The notes under the pieces were generated by a model. It was not told the origin of the DNA. It made no database searches and saw only the letters and a program-made list of their open reading frames with translations. 64,000 nucleotides of DNA from Leucoraja erinacea. Its lineage: Eukaryota. Positions 13,301 to 26,462 of the stretch are shown here, piece by piece. A program made the translations under genes and the position numbers. How positions within the stretch are numbered: position 1 is the stretch's first letter; each line of letters starts with the position of its first letter. The DNA lies in contig NC_073385.1 of the NCBI RefSeq assembly GCF_028641065.1, positions 42,346,001-42,410,000 of the forward strand. The letters are read 5' to 3'.

Positions 13301-15161
13301 AACTGGTCTATGTCTATCCCCATGCTTCTGAGTTAGCACCGAAGTTGCACAATCAGATAGAATTGTACAATAGAGCTGGAAAGGTTGGTCGTATAATGGT
13401 CTTCCCAATGCTGGAGCTTGCATCAATGATCTTTTTAAGTTTTCAAAGGCCTCCTGTGCTTTCTTTGTTAATTTAAATTTGCCCTCCTTGCTGGTATAGG
13501 GTGTTAGCTCCTTAGTTTCCAGAGCTATATTTGGAATCCAGGGTCTGCAATAATTAACCATGCCCAGCCATTGCCTCATTTGTTTGGCTTCTTTTGGGAT
13601 TGGAAATTCACAGATAGGTTCGAGTCTGCTCTTCTCAAGACTTCTTTCGGTGGCTGACATTATAATCCCTAGAAATTTTACTTTCTCCTGGGCTACCAGT
13701 ACTTTTGATGTTGAAACTACATATCCTAGATCAGCTAAATGGTTTAGTAGTTGTGCAGTATCTTTTCAATTACTGGATTCATTTTTTGCTGGCCACTAGT
13801 AGATCATCGACATACTGCACTATTGTTGAATTCAGTTTGAACTTCAAAGTACTCAGTTGATCCTGCAGACACCTGGAAAATAAAGTAGGCAAATTGATAA
13901 ATCCTTGAGGCAACCTGGTCCAGGTGTATTGTTGGCCCCTATATGTGAAGGCAAACAAATATTGTTTGTGAAGAGGAAGAGAAAAGAATGCATGTTGTAA
14001 GTTGACTATCAAAAATACTTTTGCTTCAGCCGGTATTTTGGCTAGGATATGGGCAGGGTTTGGCACTCGGGCGTGGAGTGGGTCCACAACAGAATTGATT
14101 TCCCTTAAGTCTTGCACAAGTCTATATTGGCCCTCCTTTCCCGTTTTGGAACGGCAAGAATAAGGGTGTTACAAATTGATTGGCACTTCACCAATATTCC
14201 TTGTCCTAGCAAACCCCAAATTAATTTGTCAATGCTGCTGATGGCCTTTAGTTTTAATGGATAGTGTTGGATTGAAGGAAGTGTTACCCCTTTCTGGAGA
14301 GCTACACGGATGGGATTGATGTTCACACATCCTACCTGAGCTGTGTCTTACGCCCACACTTGGGGGTCCACATACTTGGATACCTCACTCCCCAGATGAT
14401 GATGTAAGTGGGTAACATCTTTCCTTGGGGCCTGATAAAATTCAACAACATATTGATTAGACAAATTTTGCTTTTGATAATTATTCTGGTCTGCCAAGGT
14501 AATTGCCTTTTTTTTATCATTGTTCCTAGGTCTTTAGCTTTGGCCGGGTAATTCACCTTTCGGGTGATGTGAGGAGCAACATCTTCCGTTCTTTTCCATA
14601 ACTGTGCTGGTATTTTAGCATACTCACAGCTCCCTCCTTTCCTTCCACTAGTACCAATACTTCTATCTCCCAATCCTGTCCTTCGTATGATTTAAATGAG
14701 CTCTCTGTCCTTCCCACTCCTATCGTAAGCCAGTGTTATGTGGTGGGGTTTCTTCGTCCAGATCTAAGGACCACCATTGAGGGGCCACTAAGGAGTAACA
14801 TTGCCATATGCAAGCCCAGGGGGGTCACTATTATACCTCTATCGCCACATTCTATTTTTAGTTGGAAAGCACAGAGTAGATCGCTTGACATCAGGTTGCA
14901 ATCTAATCCGGTGGTTATCACAAATCTATGTCTGATTGCTTTTCCTCCATATACTACTTCGACTGGCTCAAAGATGAGATACTGGCAAATTTGTCCTTGA
15001 AACCCAGACAGGTTCTGAACTTCTGGTAAATTATAAATTGATTGAAGAGATTACATAGATGAGCCTGTGTCTCTACTAGGAAGGTGCAGATTTTACCTTC
15101 TACCTGTAGAGACAACAGGTTCTTCATCAGACTTGCATCCAGTCACTACTAGGTTTGCTAA
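10381..15161 (-). pseudogene. pol: ERV pro-pol (protease, RT, RNase H, integrase; disrupted)
   Basis: Protease FLV(D)TGSS is recoverable by removing a 2-nt insertion near 15070. RT: LPQGF and YVDD. RNase H: SAQQAELFAL and KCSAHT. Integrase: HYATHCG, IDYIEL..VDVFSRW, SDNGPHF, and C-terminal WEGPYQV; stop TAA at 10383-10381. Confidence 0.92.
10811..11684 (+). mobile_element. GC-rich non-autonomous retroposon inserted in ERV integrase
   Basis: Splits integrase codons WIK|LLPIALFQ with an AAT duplication. Has a T-tract, G-tract, internally repetitive GC-rich body, AATAAA and a (TGAT)n tail. Confidence 0.8.
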
Positions 15162-17117
15162 TCATAGGCGTGTGAATGGGTTATTCTGGGAAAAGGAGAT
15201 TTGTCCCCTTTGCCTTTGATTTTCCTGCCAGCTCTCCAGGATCCCGTTGATCCCTCAATTCTCTTTGATCTTGGAGATTTCTTCTGTGACCCCCCTATTT
15301 TGTTCCTTTCTTTATTTGGGCAACCCCTACTCCAGTAACCTACCCCTCCGCAACTATAACACTGGCCCACTCCTGATGGCCAGTATGTCCTCCACCCTGG
15401 TCTTTGGAGGACTGGCACTAGGGCAGATGCTTCTCTATAATATCGGTCTCGATATTCCGGGACTAATTTCTCCCAGTCCATAGTTTGTTGGTACTCTGGG
15501 GATCCATGGTTCAGGTTGATTTTTGGCACTTCTTTTATGATCACGTATTCAGTTTTTTGTTTTACTGCAGGCGGGCTATCCTGCTTCTTTATATCCCTCC
15601 AGTGATATCTTACAGCCCTAGCCATTTGATTGGCACTATTTTCTGTCCAGTCGATGTTATTACTCTTAATGGATTCTGCTATGTTGGTGGGAAGGCAATT
15701 CAACAGATGGCACAATATTGAGGGGAATTTACTCCATTTCTGTAATTTAAGTCACCCTATTGATCCATATATAATTCAGAGAATCGCTCTAAAAATTCAT
15801 CCGCTCCCTCTCCCTTCTTTGGTCTTATATCTGGTATTCTGGCTAAATTGATTGGTTTTTGAAGGGTGTTTGCAAGGGCTGTTAAAACAGCCACTTCCCT
15901 TGCATCATTGCCCGCTATTATATTTGCGAGAGCTTCATGCGACGGATGCCCTAAATGCGTTAGGAATCTGGTATGCTCACTTGGGGTAATTGTTTGCTGG
16001 ATCACCGCCCATAGATCTCGAGAGTCTGCGTGGTAAACGCACATTGTAGTTCTTAAGTGATCCACAAAGGAAGCGGGTGATTTTCTACGATCGGGTATTT
16101 GACTTAAAGTAGCCATCATCTCGTTAGGCTTCCATAGATTCTAATTGTACGGGGATTGTTTGCAATCACTGCATTTGCTGGATCAAAAGAACGATTAGGC
16201 ATTTCCCTTACAGAGTTGTTTGTTTAGTTTTCATACTTTTGGTCATATCAAGATCTATCGCAGCTTCTTCAATTGTTGTCTCACCCCCAGATGTATCTTC
16301 CCCTTCACCAGGGGGTTCACGGTACCTCCTAAATGATTCCTTTCCTTCTCTACCTGCTCGTCCAACTTGTCTAAGGGTACGCTCGCAAGGATACCCTCGT
16401 TTTAGTATCCTTTGTCTACCTTCTTTATCCTTAACTAATTGAGTTGTCTTTCTAGTCTGGCTGCTGGTACCGTGAACTCTCGGACTATGTATAATTAATG
16501 GAGCGGTCGGGTTTAAGGAAGTCTGTGCAATGGAATCTGATTGTCTATTCCGTTCACAAGCTCTACAAAGTGTATCTAAAACATGGGGATTGCAAGATGA
16601 ATAAGATGGTGGACATGAATTCCTAATTTTAACACTTTCCCAATCTTCTACATAATCATCATCATCCTCCTAGTAACTAGTGCCAACCATTGGATCCTCA
16701 CACTTAAAACGTATGGATGCCGGTTTCTCTGTGGAAATTTTGTTTTCCCCCTATCTTTAATGATCTCAGGTTCCTCTCTTCGGCTACCTGGAGGTTCAAA
16801 TGCTTCAGTATCCTCTAATGTTTATCCCCTGCTTCAGAGTTACTTCCTTCCAACTTGCCATTCTTTCCAACACTCTACTCGTTTTCTGTTCCTTATAATA
16901 ATTTTTCCACAATCCAATGAATTATTTTGCCTCTTCATTATTTCAATCCCTTCACTATATCAATTCCCCCTTTGGGCAATAATTTGCTCCCAAATTCTCT
17001 ATTTAGTACTCCGGAAAGAATTCTCAATCAGTCAGCTTTTTGTGGAAATTCACTGCATATTTCTTGTAATGGACTTTCCGAGTCAGCAGTCATATCTTTA
17101 TTTACGTGGTTCCCCAT
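15162..17117 (-). pseudogene. gag: ERV gag (disrupted)
   Basis: Starts MGNHVNKD (Gly2 myristoylation-type). PPSY and PTAP late motifs; capsid MHR-like IRPKKGEGADEFLERFSELY (ORF 15757-16119); single knuckle CYSCGGVGYWSRGC with H to Y (ORF 15158-15715); internal stops and frameshifts. Confidence 0.85.
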
Positions 17118-18359
17118 TCTGTTGGATAATGGAAGCAACTCTCAAGCTACTCACCCCTCTTAACAATTTACTCCTTTTCTAATTTCCGAAACTACCAAAG
17201 TCGTTTTTAAACAATATTCAAACATTAAGGTGCTCCAGGTAAACAACCAACCAAAATCACACACGTTCCTGCAGCCCGTTTCCTATCCCTGACCTTAATC
17301 TAAGCACATGCAAATGAGCTCTACACACAAGCAAAATCAAATACAGAAAATAAATTATCCCACATTATAATTATGCCTAACCACATTCCTGTATATACCA
17401 TAAACATTTGTCTAATAGAGCATTTGTTAACCATACAGTTTCAAAATTAAATCACAGTATTTTTAATCCCTCCACATGGTGTGCTCAATCAACGGAATGA
17501 TCCCTCCCTGACACAGCGATCGAAAGAATACAAACCCTGATCAAACCACCACGAATCAGATTCAAACAATACTAACAATCCCGATTTAAACAAATCCCTT
17601 ATTTTCAAGTCAAATGCACTTTTACCCCAATTATCTAACACACAAAACCCTTAAGCACTCACACAGACAATACAAGTTGCGGTCTGCGATCTTAACATAC
17701 TCTAATTTTTTTACATACACAAATATTTATACAGTTCGAATGTTATCAATCAGTGAACCTCTCCATCTGATACTGAAGATTTTCCCCTTCCTAGAGTACT
17801 CTTTGCTGAGGGGTACTACTTCTTAAATTACTACTTTTTCTCCTAAATGTTACTTTCCTCCTGCTAAGACTGGACTTCTATTGGGGGACCTCTTCCCTCC
17901 ACTCTAAGTTCTCAGAATTAGGAGTACCCCTCACATCCAGGTACTTTTCACCAAGTAAACCAGATTCCCGTCTCTCAGTTACTCTTCGCTATCAGATACT
18001 AATCAACAATCAATCAGAGGGTTACTATTCACTGTTGATCAGCCGCTATTCAGAATCGATCTCAAACACGCACAAACTCTGGTTCTATTTACACAGAATT
18101 CGAATTCTACCATACGGGCAGAAATTCAATATGAAATTCTGTATTTGTAAACTTTGATTCTGCAAATCTAAGTTCGCTCTGTTCAATCAGTTTTGGTGTG
18201 TACCACTCAACGTACGCGGGCTCTCGAATTCAATTTACTTGCCCAATGAAATCTCGAATGGACTCGAGTATTCCCAGCCAATCTATACTCTAGCCACCGA
18301 GCCCAGTATCTTTACGAGATTCCTCGTCCGTCACTCCAGGGAGGGATTCGGATATCTTC

Positions 18360-18981
18360 ATTTGAGTATAGGAGCAGGGAGGTTCTACTGCAGTTGTACA
18401 GGGTCTTGGTGAGACCACACTTGGAGTATTGCGTACAGGTTTGGTCTCCTAATCTGAGGGTGGATATTCTTGCCATAGAGGGAGTACAGAGAAGGTTCAC
18501 CAGACTGATTCCTGGGATGTCAGGACTTTCATATGAAGAAAGGCTGGATAGACTCGGCTTGTATTCGCTAGAATTTAGAAGATTGAGGGGGGATCTTATA
18601 GAAACTTACAAAATTCTTAAGGGGTTGGACAGGCTAGATGCAGGAAGATTGTTCCCGATGTTGGGGAAGTCCAGAACAAGGGGTCACAGTTTAAGGATAA
18701 AGGGGAAATCTTTTAGGACTGAGATGAGAAAAACAATTTTTACACAGAGAATGGTGAATCCCTGGAATTCTCTGCCACAGAATGTAGTTGAGGCCAGTTC
18801 ATTTGCTATATTTAAGAGGGAGTTAGATGTGGCCCTTGTGGCTAAAGGGATCAGGGGGTATGGAGAGAAGGCAGGTACAGGATACTGAGTTGGATGATCA
18901 GCCATGATCATATTGAATGGCGGTGCAAGCTCGAAGGGCCGAATGGCCTACTCCTGCACCTATTTTCTATGTTTCTATGTT
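18360..18981 (+). mobile_element. 5'-truncated CR1 LINE inserted in the ERV leader
   Basis: YRVLVRPHLEYCVQVW...RRLRGDLIETYKI..WNSLP; (tttctatg)n tail. A close relative lies at 48991-49634. Confidence 0.92.
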
Positions 18982-19562
18982 TCACACAGGTGTGGCCTCT
19001 AACCAACCCAGGTTTTACCTGCTCAAAAGGATTTCCTTCTCACCTGCTTGGCACCGGGTGTCAGCGCCTAGCCTCTTCGTGCTTGCAGTCAATGCCGAGT
19101 TTCAGAACGCACCTTTCCAATAAGCACCCCCAGCAATGACAGGTTAAATGCCTCACCGCTTAGCACGTAAACCAGACTTGTTTTCAATATCCCACCAATT
19201 GGATACCAAATCTGCGTAGGGATTTTAACCCAAGTCTGAATTAATGGTTTTTGACAGCTGTCTGCAAACTACGACCTCTAACCCAGGAAAGGGCCTCTAA
19301 CCCAACCCCAGCAGGGCCTCTAACCCCACCCTGGTTTTATGGGCCCCTAACCCAAAGGAGTGTTATCACCCCCCGTGCTTGCTAGATTCTGTTCTATGAT
19401 CTTGCTGGGACCCTTTCCCAAGCCCGCGAATGATCAACCTGTTCTGACTAGCGAAGTGCCGAAAATCAATGCGAAAAACGCACAGTGGCACCGATTTCTG
19501 CACTCGCGATTGAGACAGCTCAATACCCTTAATTGCAAACTTGTGGTTGGGGGCCTGTAGAG

Positions 19563-19580
19563 ACCCTGGACGAGCCCCCA
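19563..19580 (-). promoter_or_regulatory. Primer-binding site, tRNA-Pro
   Basis: Minus strand TGGGGGCTCGTCCAGGGT; 16/18 identical to the canonical MLV tRNA-Pro PBS TGGGGGCTCGTCCGGGAT; 1 nt after the LTR end. Confidence 0.9.
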
Positions 19581-19581
19581 A

Positions 19582-20359
19582 TGTAAATAGCTTGTTCTAA
19601 GCTCCCCCCAGTCTAGTTTCAGTCAATAAAATACTGAGTCAAGCACTTGCGCAACTAAACTTTATTTTGGATAACACAACACAAATTCCCCTATACAATA
19701 CCTAACTACCGTGGGTTTGATCCTTGTATCTGCTTGGCCAAGCCCTTCTAGCCTCATGCAAACTGAGACACTCCAAAAGGTCACGCAGACCTATGCGTTC
19801 TTCCAGAAGATCGACATTGGACCTCGTGGGTGCTACTTTTTATAGGTCCCCGAACCTTGAGGGGCCGAACCACATGGGGGTGGTCTCTTTATAAACCAAT
19901 TAAACATATTAATAATAACAGTATATAATTGACAGTTCCCTAACCCAGTAATACAATCTTGAATACATTGCATTTGAAGGAAGCTTCTAGAAGGAAGCAA
20001 ACAAGAATGAACACTGAAACATGTGCCCGGGTATTCAAACTGTTTCTCCAAGGCTCAACAGTTCGACCAATCATCAATTAGCAGGATGACCATCTCGCAA
20101 CATTATTTATACTATTTACAATGCCTTTGCAGCAATCAAAATGGTGCATTTAGGGTTTGTTTGCAAAACTGCTATACATTTTATCAATTTAGGAGAAACA
20201 AGGAGAACACCTGGACCTCTCATCATCCTGCATACCAATCTGAGCCTAGACTGGCTGGCGCCATCCAAAGCCAGTAAATTTCAGCTGACAAGGGTTAAGC
20301 ATTTCTGACAAGTGCAGGGATCCTCCATTTTAAGGTCTTTAATTTGGCCAGTATTAACA
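19582..20359 (-). mobile_element. 5' LTR of the provirus (778 bp)
   Basis: TG...CA ends. On the minus strand, TATAAAAA at 19844-19837 and AATAAA at 19666-19661, followed by the PBS. Homologous to the solo LTR at 60120-60880. The right flank resumes a LINE/SINE tail (gttaagccaaagggcatgtttcc). Confidence 0.88.
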
Positions 20360-20449
20360 CGTTAAGCCAAAGGGCATGTTTCCATGCTGTATGACCCTGT
20401 GACACTTATGTATTGTGTACAGTTACAGTTCCAACTATCTGACTCCTAA

Positions 20450-20644
<195 letters not shown>

Positions 20645-23600
20645 TGAAAACATGTCATTGTTTCCTTGAAAGTGACATCACAGGTAGACAGGGTACTCAA
20701 GAAGGATTACAGTACATTAGCCTACATCGCTCAGGGTATTGAGTATAGAAATTGGATGTTATGTTACATTTATACAAGACGTTGGTAAGCAGAAACAAAG
20801 AACTGTAGGTTAGTTAATGCACAAAAAGAGACAAAGTGCTGGAAGAACTCAGAGGGTCAGGCAGCATCTCTGGAGAACAAGGATAGGCAACGTTTCATTT
20901 CAGGACCCTTCCTCAGGTTCCAAGACATTGGTGAGGCTGCATTTCAAGCATTGCGTTCAGTTTTGGTCACCCTGCATCAGAAAGGATATTTAATTTAGTT
21001 TAATACAATCAAGCCATCTACAGTGCACTGATAGAGGATAAATGGTAGAACGTTTAGTGCAAGATATAACATTGAAGATAAAGTTTGATTAATGAAAGTT
21101 CATTTGTCTCCAATGATGTAGATGTGAGGCCAGGACCACACTCTAGCTGATGGATTCTTAATGCAACGTTTATGTTTTTTAAGTGTTGGTTGGGTGTTGA
21201 ACGAGTGGCAGAGTGATGAGACGCAAGCCTGTAAGAACCCAGAACAAAAAGAATAACTGTAAGAACAGTTGTTGAGAGGCCAAGGAACACACCCATAGAG
21301 GGAAGTTGGAATTGTTTCCGTTTTTTGTTTTAGAGATACAGTGTGGAAATAGACCCTTCAGCCCATCAAGTCCGTGCTGACCTGCGATCACCTTGACACC
21401 AGCCTGATGCTACACACTAGGGATAATGCACAGAAGCCAATTAACCTACACACCTTCACGTCTTTGGGATGTAGGAAGAAACTGGAGCACCATGAAGTCA
21501 GAGGGAGGGCATACAAACTCTATGCTGAAGGCATCTGAGGTCAGGATTGAACCCGGATCCCTGGCGCTGTAAGGCTGCAACTCTACCGCTACGCCACTGT
21601 GTCACCCCAATTGTAACTTGGGAGACTTTGACCACAAATTTAATTCTGCCAAACAAAACTAACATGTAAGAATAAAAACCTTGTCCATGTTAGTCACTGA
21701 GATATGGATTTGGACTATTATCTAATTTATACATTAAAGGTAAGCTGAAATTGTAGGGGTTTTCAAAGTATATAGTTTAGTTGTGAACTAATTTTACCTT
21801 TGTAGATTTTCTTTACGTTAACCTTAATAACTATACCATTCTTCCAATAACAAGAGAGCAGTCCTAAGCTACTATCTACCTCATTGGAGACACTTGGACT
21901 ATCTTTGATCAGACTTTACTGGACTTTATCATGAATTATACGCTATTCAGGTTATTACCTTTCTCCTGTACCTGAACACTGTGGATAGCTTCATTATAAT
22001 CATGTATAGTCTTTCCACTGACTGGTTAGTATGCAACAACAACTTTTCAATGTGCCTTGGTACACGTGACAATAAACTAAACTAAACTAATTCATGCCTT
22101 TATTAATGTAATACCAGTCTATTAGCATGTAACATGGCAAAATTATATGTAAATATTTAGAACATTAAAAGCTTTTGTCAACATTTTATCACATTATTAA
22201 TGAATCATTGATTTGCTCAGTAATTTGTGGCAATAATTGAAATGTATAATGTACATACGTTTTAAGTAGAATAACATGATCAACAGTTACACAATTCACA
22301 ATGCAATTAATACGTTTATCCATTCAAATGTCATCCATGTCTTTGAGCACCTTTGTTAACAATTTTTACACAAAGGCCTTAGCCCTTCTCTAAAGCATAA
22401 GATTAGGCCTCATTTTTGTGTCATGCTGTGACTATTGATTGAAATTATATTCTGCTATTTAAGTATGAACAGTATGTACAAGTTCGGAAGATAACATCTA
22501 ATTAGTGCAACAGACAAAATGCCTCCTTTCATTCCCCACTAACAGAATGTGAAGGGCCTTCAGAATTATTTTATTCACAGTAGATGACAGGTTTCAAATG
22601 CTGTATTCAAGTACTGTATATTAAGTGTTTTCTTTAAAACTGAGAAGGTGTATTTTTTTGCCATAGAGAAAAGAGCAGCATTGCCCTTCCGATTTGACAG
22701 ACTCCACTGAATATAGTGCTGTCTCAGCCCTTTCATTGACCTTGAGTAATTTACAACATTTGGAATAGGAAAATAATTTAATGAGGAACATTGTAAATAT
22801 TTAACTCCAAATCATTGGTTCAAATGTTCAAGGGTACTTTATTGTCACATGTACAGAGGTACAATGAAATTCAATTCCGTATAAATTCAGTACGGGTATC
22901 ACTATATATATATATATATGCACTTAGATACATCTTAGAAAAACATCTCAGCTACAGTCCTAGTGTACGGCAGTGGTATGAGACAGTATACTGAGCTGCC
23001 AGATATGGCAGCATTTTTAAGTCCCAGTTGTTGAAAGTGCAGGATTGATGGCCTGACCATGAAGGCCCGTTGTCCTGCAGATCTTGGTGGGTCAGCCTGT
23101 AATATATCCACCGCTGCAGGCCACGTCCGGTCCACACACCCGGCCTCTTGAAGCACCCATTGTAAACAGATCCAGGAGCAATGGGGTTACATGAGAGTTG
23201 AACAGGCAGCAAGGTGGCGCAGCAGTAAAGTTGCTGCCTTACAGCATCAGAGACCCGGGTTCGATCCTGACTACGGATACTGTCTGTATGGAGTTTGTAC
23301 ATTCTCCTCGTGACTGCTTGGGTTTTCTCCAGGTGCTCCAGTTTCCTCCCAGATCCCAAACGACGTGTGTGGGTTTGTAGGTTCATTGATTCTGTAAATT
23401 GTCCCTAGTTGGGCTGAACGAGCATACGGATGATCACTGGTCAGCCCGTCCCAGTGGGCAGAAGGGCCTGTTTCCACACTGTAAACTAAGCCTACTCAAG
23501 GCCCATAAACCAAATGGAAATTGAAAAAAAATTATACACATTTAGCAGATAAGGTAGTATCTGTGGAAAGAGAAACCAGGTTAATGTTTCAAGTTGAAAA

Positions 23601-23710
23601 CTGTTTGTCAGAACTGGGGGAAAAGATAAAAAAAATAGTTTTAAGTTGCAGGAAAAGTGGGGAAAGAAATATAATGGATTGAACCCTCCTCGCCTGTGTT
23701 GAATTATCAC

Positions 23711-23944
23711 CTGTCTAGGAAGGAATAGCAGATGCTGGTTTAAGCAAGATAGACACAAAATGCTGGGGTAACTCATTCCTCATAACTGATTCCTCCTGCT
23801 CTCTGGCTCTACGATGTGTCTGAGGTCTCGACCCCAAACATTGTCTATTCCTTTGCTCCAGAGATGCTGCCGAACCTGCTGAGTTACTCCAGCATTTTGT
23901 GTCTATATTCGGTATAAACCAGCATCTGCAGTCCCTTCCTACAC
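23711..23944. repeat. Palindromic Penelope-derived repeat (inverted pLTR pair)
   Basis: aggaaggaatagcagatgctggtttaa..gatagacacaaaatgctgg is the reverse complement of ccagcattttgtgtctat..taaaccagcatctgcagtcccttcct. Similar units near 295-428, 4930-5210, 24445-24640, 29886-30058 and 48445-48620. Confidence 0.7.
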
Positions 23945-26462
23945 AATAACAGATGTTGGTTTTACCAAATATAGTCATAAAATGTTGCAGTAACACAGCA
24001 GATCAGGCAACATCCCTGGAGATAATGGCAACTGCTCACATTATTAGCCAATGGTGGGCTCAGGCTAAATATGTTAACATAGGCTTTATTATTAAAAAGG
24101 CAAAAGAAAATTAAAAACGCTTCTCTAGACGATGTCTTGTTGGGCCTTCCACCTCTGGAGACATCTCCCGCTACGCGGGAACTCGATTCACAAGGTTATT
24201 TCCTCCCTCTTATCTGGGGTGGACCCGTGCATTAAATTCAAAGTGTTAATTTTACAGAAAGCCTCATGAAATTTGAATGTAAATTCATAATTGACAGTGA
24301 TTTTCTAGCTGAAAACGTGAGGTTTTTGCATGTTTTTTTACACCAGCTTGAAATAACTTTATATACCATGAGGTGGAGTGCCATCTCTTTGTTTCAAAGT
24401 GGTTGTGGGCAGATTGCATCTTGTTTTCAAGAAGAATATTTACACTACAAAAACCTGGGAGTAACTCAGTAGGAATGGGTGACTTTGTGGGTCGAGACCC
24501 TTCTTCAGACTGTAGAAGGGTCTCGACCCGAAATGTCACCAATTCCTTCTCTCCAGAGATGCTGCCTGTCCCGCTGAGTTACTCCAGCTTTTTGTGTCTA
24601 TCTTCGGTTTAAACCAGCATCTGCAGTTCCTTCCTATACAAAATATTTACGTCAGTCCTGACAAAATGAATCCCATTCTCTGCTGCTGCAATCCTATGAT
24701 TGCATCTTATAATAGGCATCCCACTTTAACTGAAACTTGTTACTATTGTCTTCTTTACAATTTATTTTAGACTTCAGACATACAGTGCAGAAACAGGCCC
24801 TTCAGCCCACTGTGTTTGCGCCAATCAACAATCACCCCATACACTAGAACTATCCTACACACTAGGGATAATTTACAATTTTACCCAAGCCAACAAACCT
24901 GCACGCCTTTGGAGTGTGGGAGGAAACCGGAGCACCCGGAGAAAACCCACACGGTCACGGGGAGAACGTGAAAACTCCGTACAGACAGCACCTGTAGTCT
25001 GGAATGAACCTGGGTCTATGGTGCTGTAAGGCAACAACTCTACTGCTATGCCACTGGCTGCCCCAATTTTTCATCTACTCCCTGCACACTATGGACAATT
25101 TACAGAGGCCAATTAACATAAAAACCCACACATCTTTGGGATGTGGAAGGAAACCGTAGCACCTGGAAGAATCCCACTCGGTTATTATTTTCATGAGTAG
25201 CATAAATACAAGGAGGAAAATAGGCAGAGATTGGGTAAAAAATATCAGTGGCGTGATATACATTGTGAACAATTTACTCTTTTTTGAATTTTGAGGCCAG
25301 AACAGTAATCTACGACAGCCCATTCCCGATCTCACTTTTCCTGTTTGTCTGAGCGCAAGGGCAGCAAAACCTCTACAAATGTGCTCTGTATTTCATCAGC
25401 CCTTGTCTTTACATCTCTAGCCTTTGTCCAACCATCTGCCTAACAAAGCCCCTCTCACCTATATCCATCTACTACTTGCCAGGCTTTATCCTGCCCCTCC
25501 TCTCTTCTAGCTTTCCTCCCCCTCCCCCCCCCCACACTCAGTCTGAATGGTCCCAACTGGAAACATCATCTATTCGTGTTCTCCAGAGATCCTGCCTGGC
25601 CCGCTGAGTTACATCAACACTTCGTAACAATCCATACAACTCTATTTTGGAGGATTAGCTTAGTTTACTTTAAAGAATTACTTCTTGAAAAGTGAATCTT
25701 TTTCCAAAAATGTTTTACCATGATCTGTTTAACCAATTTAGTAGGGAATTTAGTTAGGCTGCTCAGCTGGTAGAGCTGCTGCCTCAAAGCGCCAGAGACC
25801 TGGGTTCACTTCTGACCTCGGGTGCTATTTGCCTGTCGTTTGCACGTTTTGCTTGTGACCGCCTGAGTTTTAGTTTAGTTTAGTGTAGTTTATTGCCACG
25901 TGTACCACAATACAGTGAAAAGCTCTTGTTGCATGCTAACCAGTCAGCAGAAAGGCAATATATGATTACAATCGAGTTGTCCACAGTGTACAGATACATG
26001 ATATAGGGAATAGTGGAAAATCCGATCAAAGATTGTCTGAGGGAGATAGTAGCTCAGGTACTATCAATGAGATAGATGGTAGCTCAGGATTGGTCTCTAG
26101 TTGTTGGTATGTGGTTCAGTTGCCTGATAACAGCAGAGTGTAGATCAAAACACAAGATGAGATGTTAACCCATGGTTATTTTGGAGGAAATGCAGCAGAC
26201 GAATTGCAGTTTGTCATTGGAATATTTGGCTAATGTAAGTACTGTAACCTCCGAAGTTGAATCGCCCCGACTCAATTACTGTGCATGCTAATTGCTGACC
26301 TAAATTGAGATGATTAGATTACTTTATTTGGGAGCTGTTCATCAAGACCTTCGATGGCTACTGTTCATTCTCATTGGGTGCAAGAACCGAGATTTTATCT
26401 TCAAAAAAAAAAAAATGCCTATTTCTATTGCTGATTGCATCTTTGCATTTAATTATTTGCAG

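Larger units (their letters stand above)
10303..20359 (-). mobile_element. Degenerate endogenous retrovirus (class I, epsilon/gamma-like), 3'-truncated, antisense to PRKD1
   Basis: Order on the minus strand is LTR, PBS, leader, gag, pro, RT, RNase H, integrase. There are many stops and frameshifts, two nested insertions, and no env or 3' LTR. Confidence 0.93.

Noticed and set aside
16760-17182. 140-aa plus-strand ORF antisense to gag
   Set aside because: Low-complexity mirror of purine-rich gag sequence; no homology recognised.
19366-19581. 71-aa ORF after the LTR as an accessory gene
   Set aside because: It starts at a TTG overlapping the PBS; no motif support.
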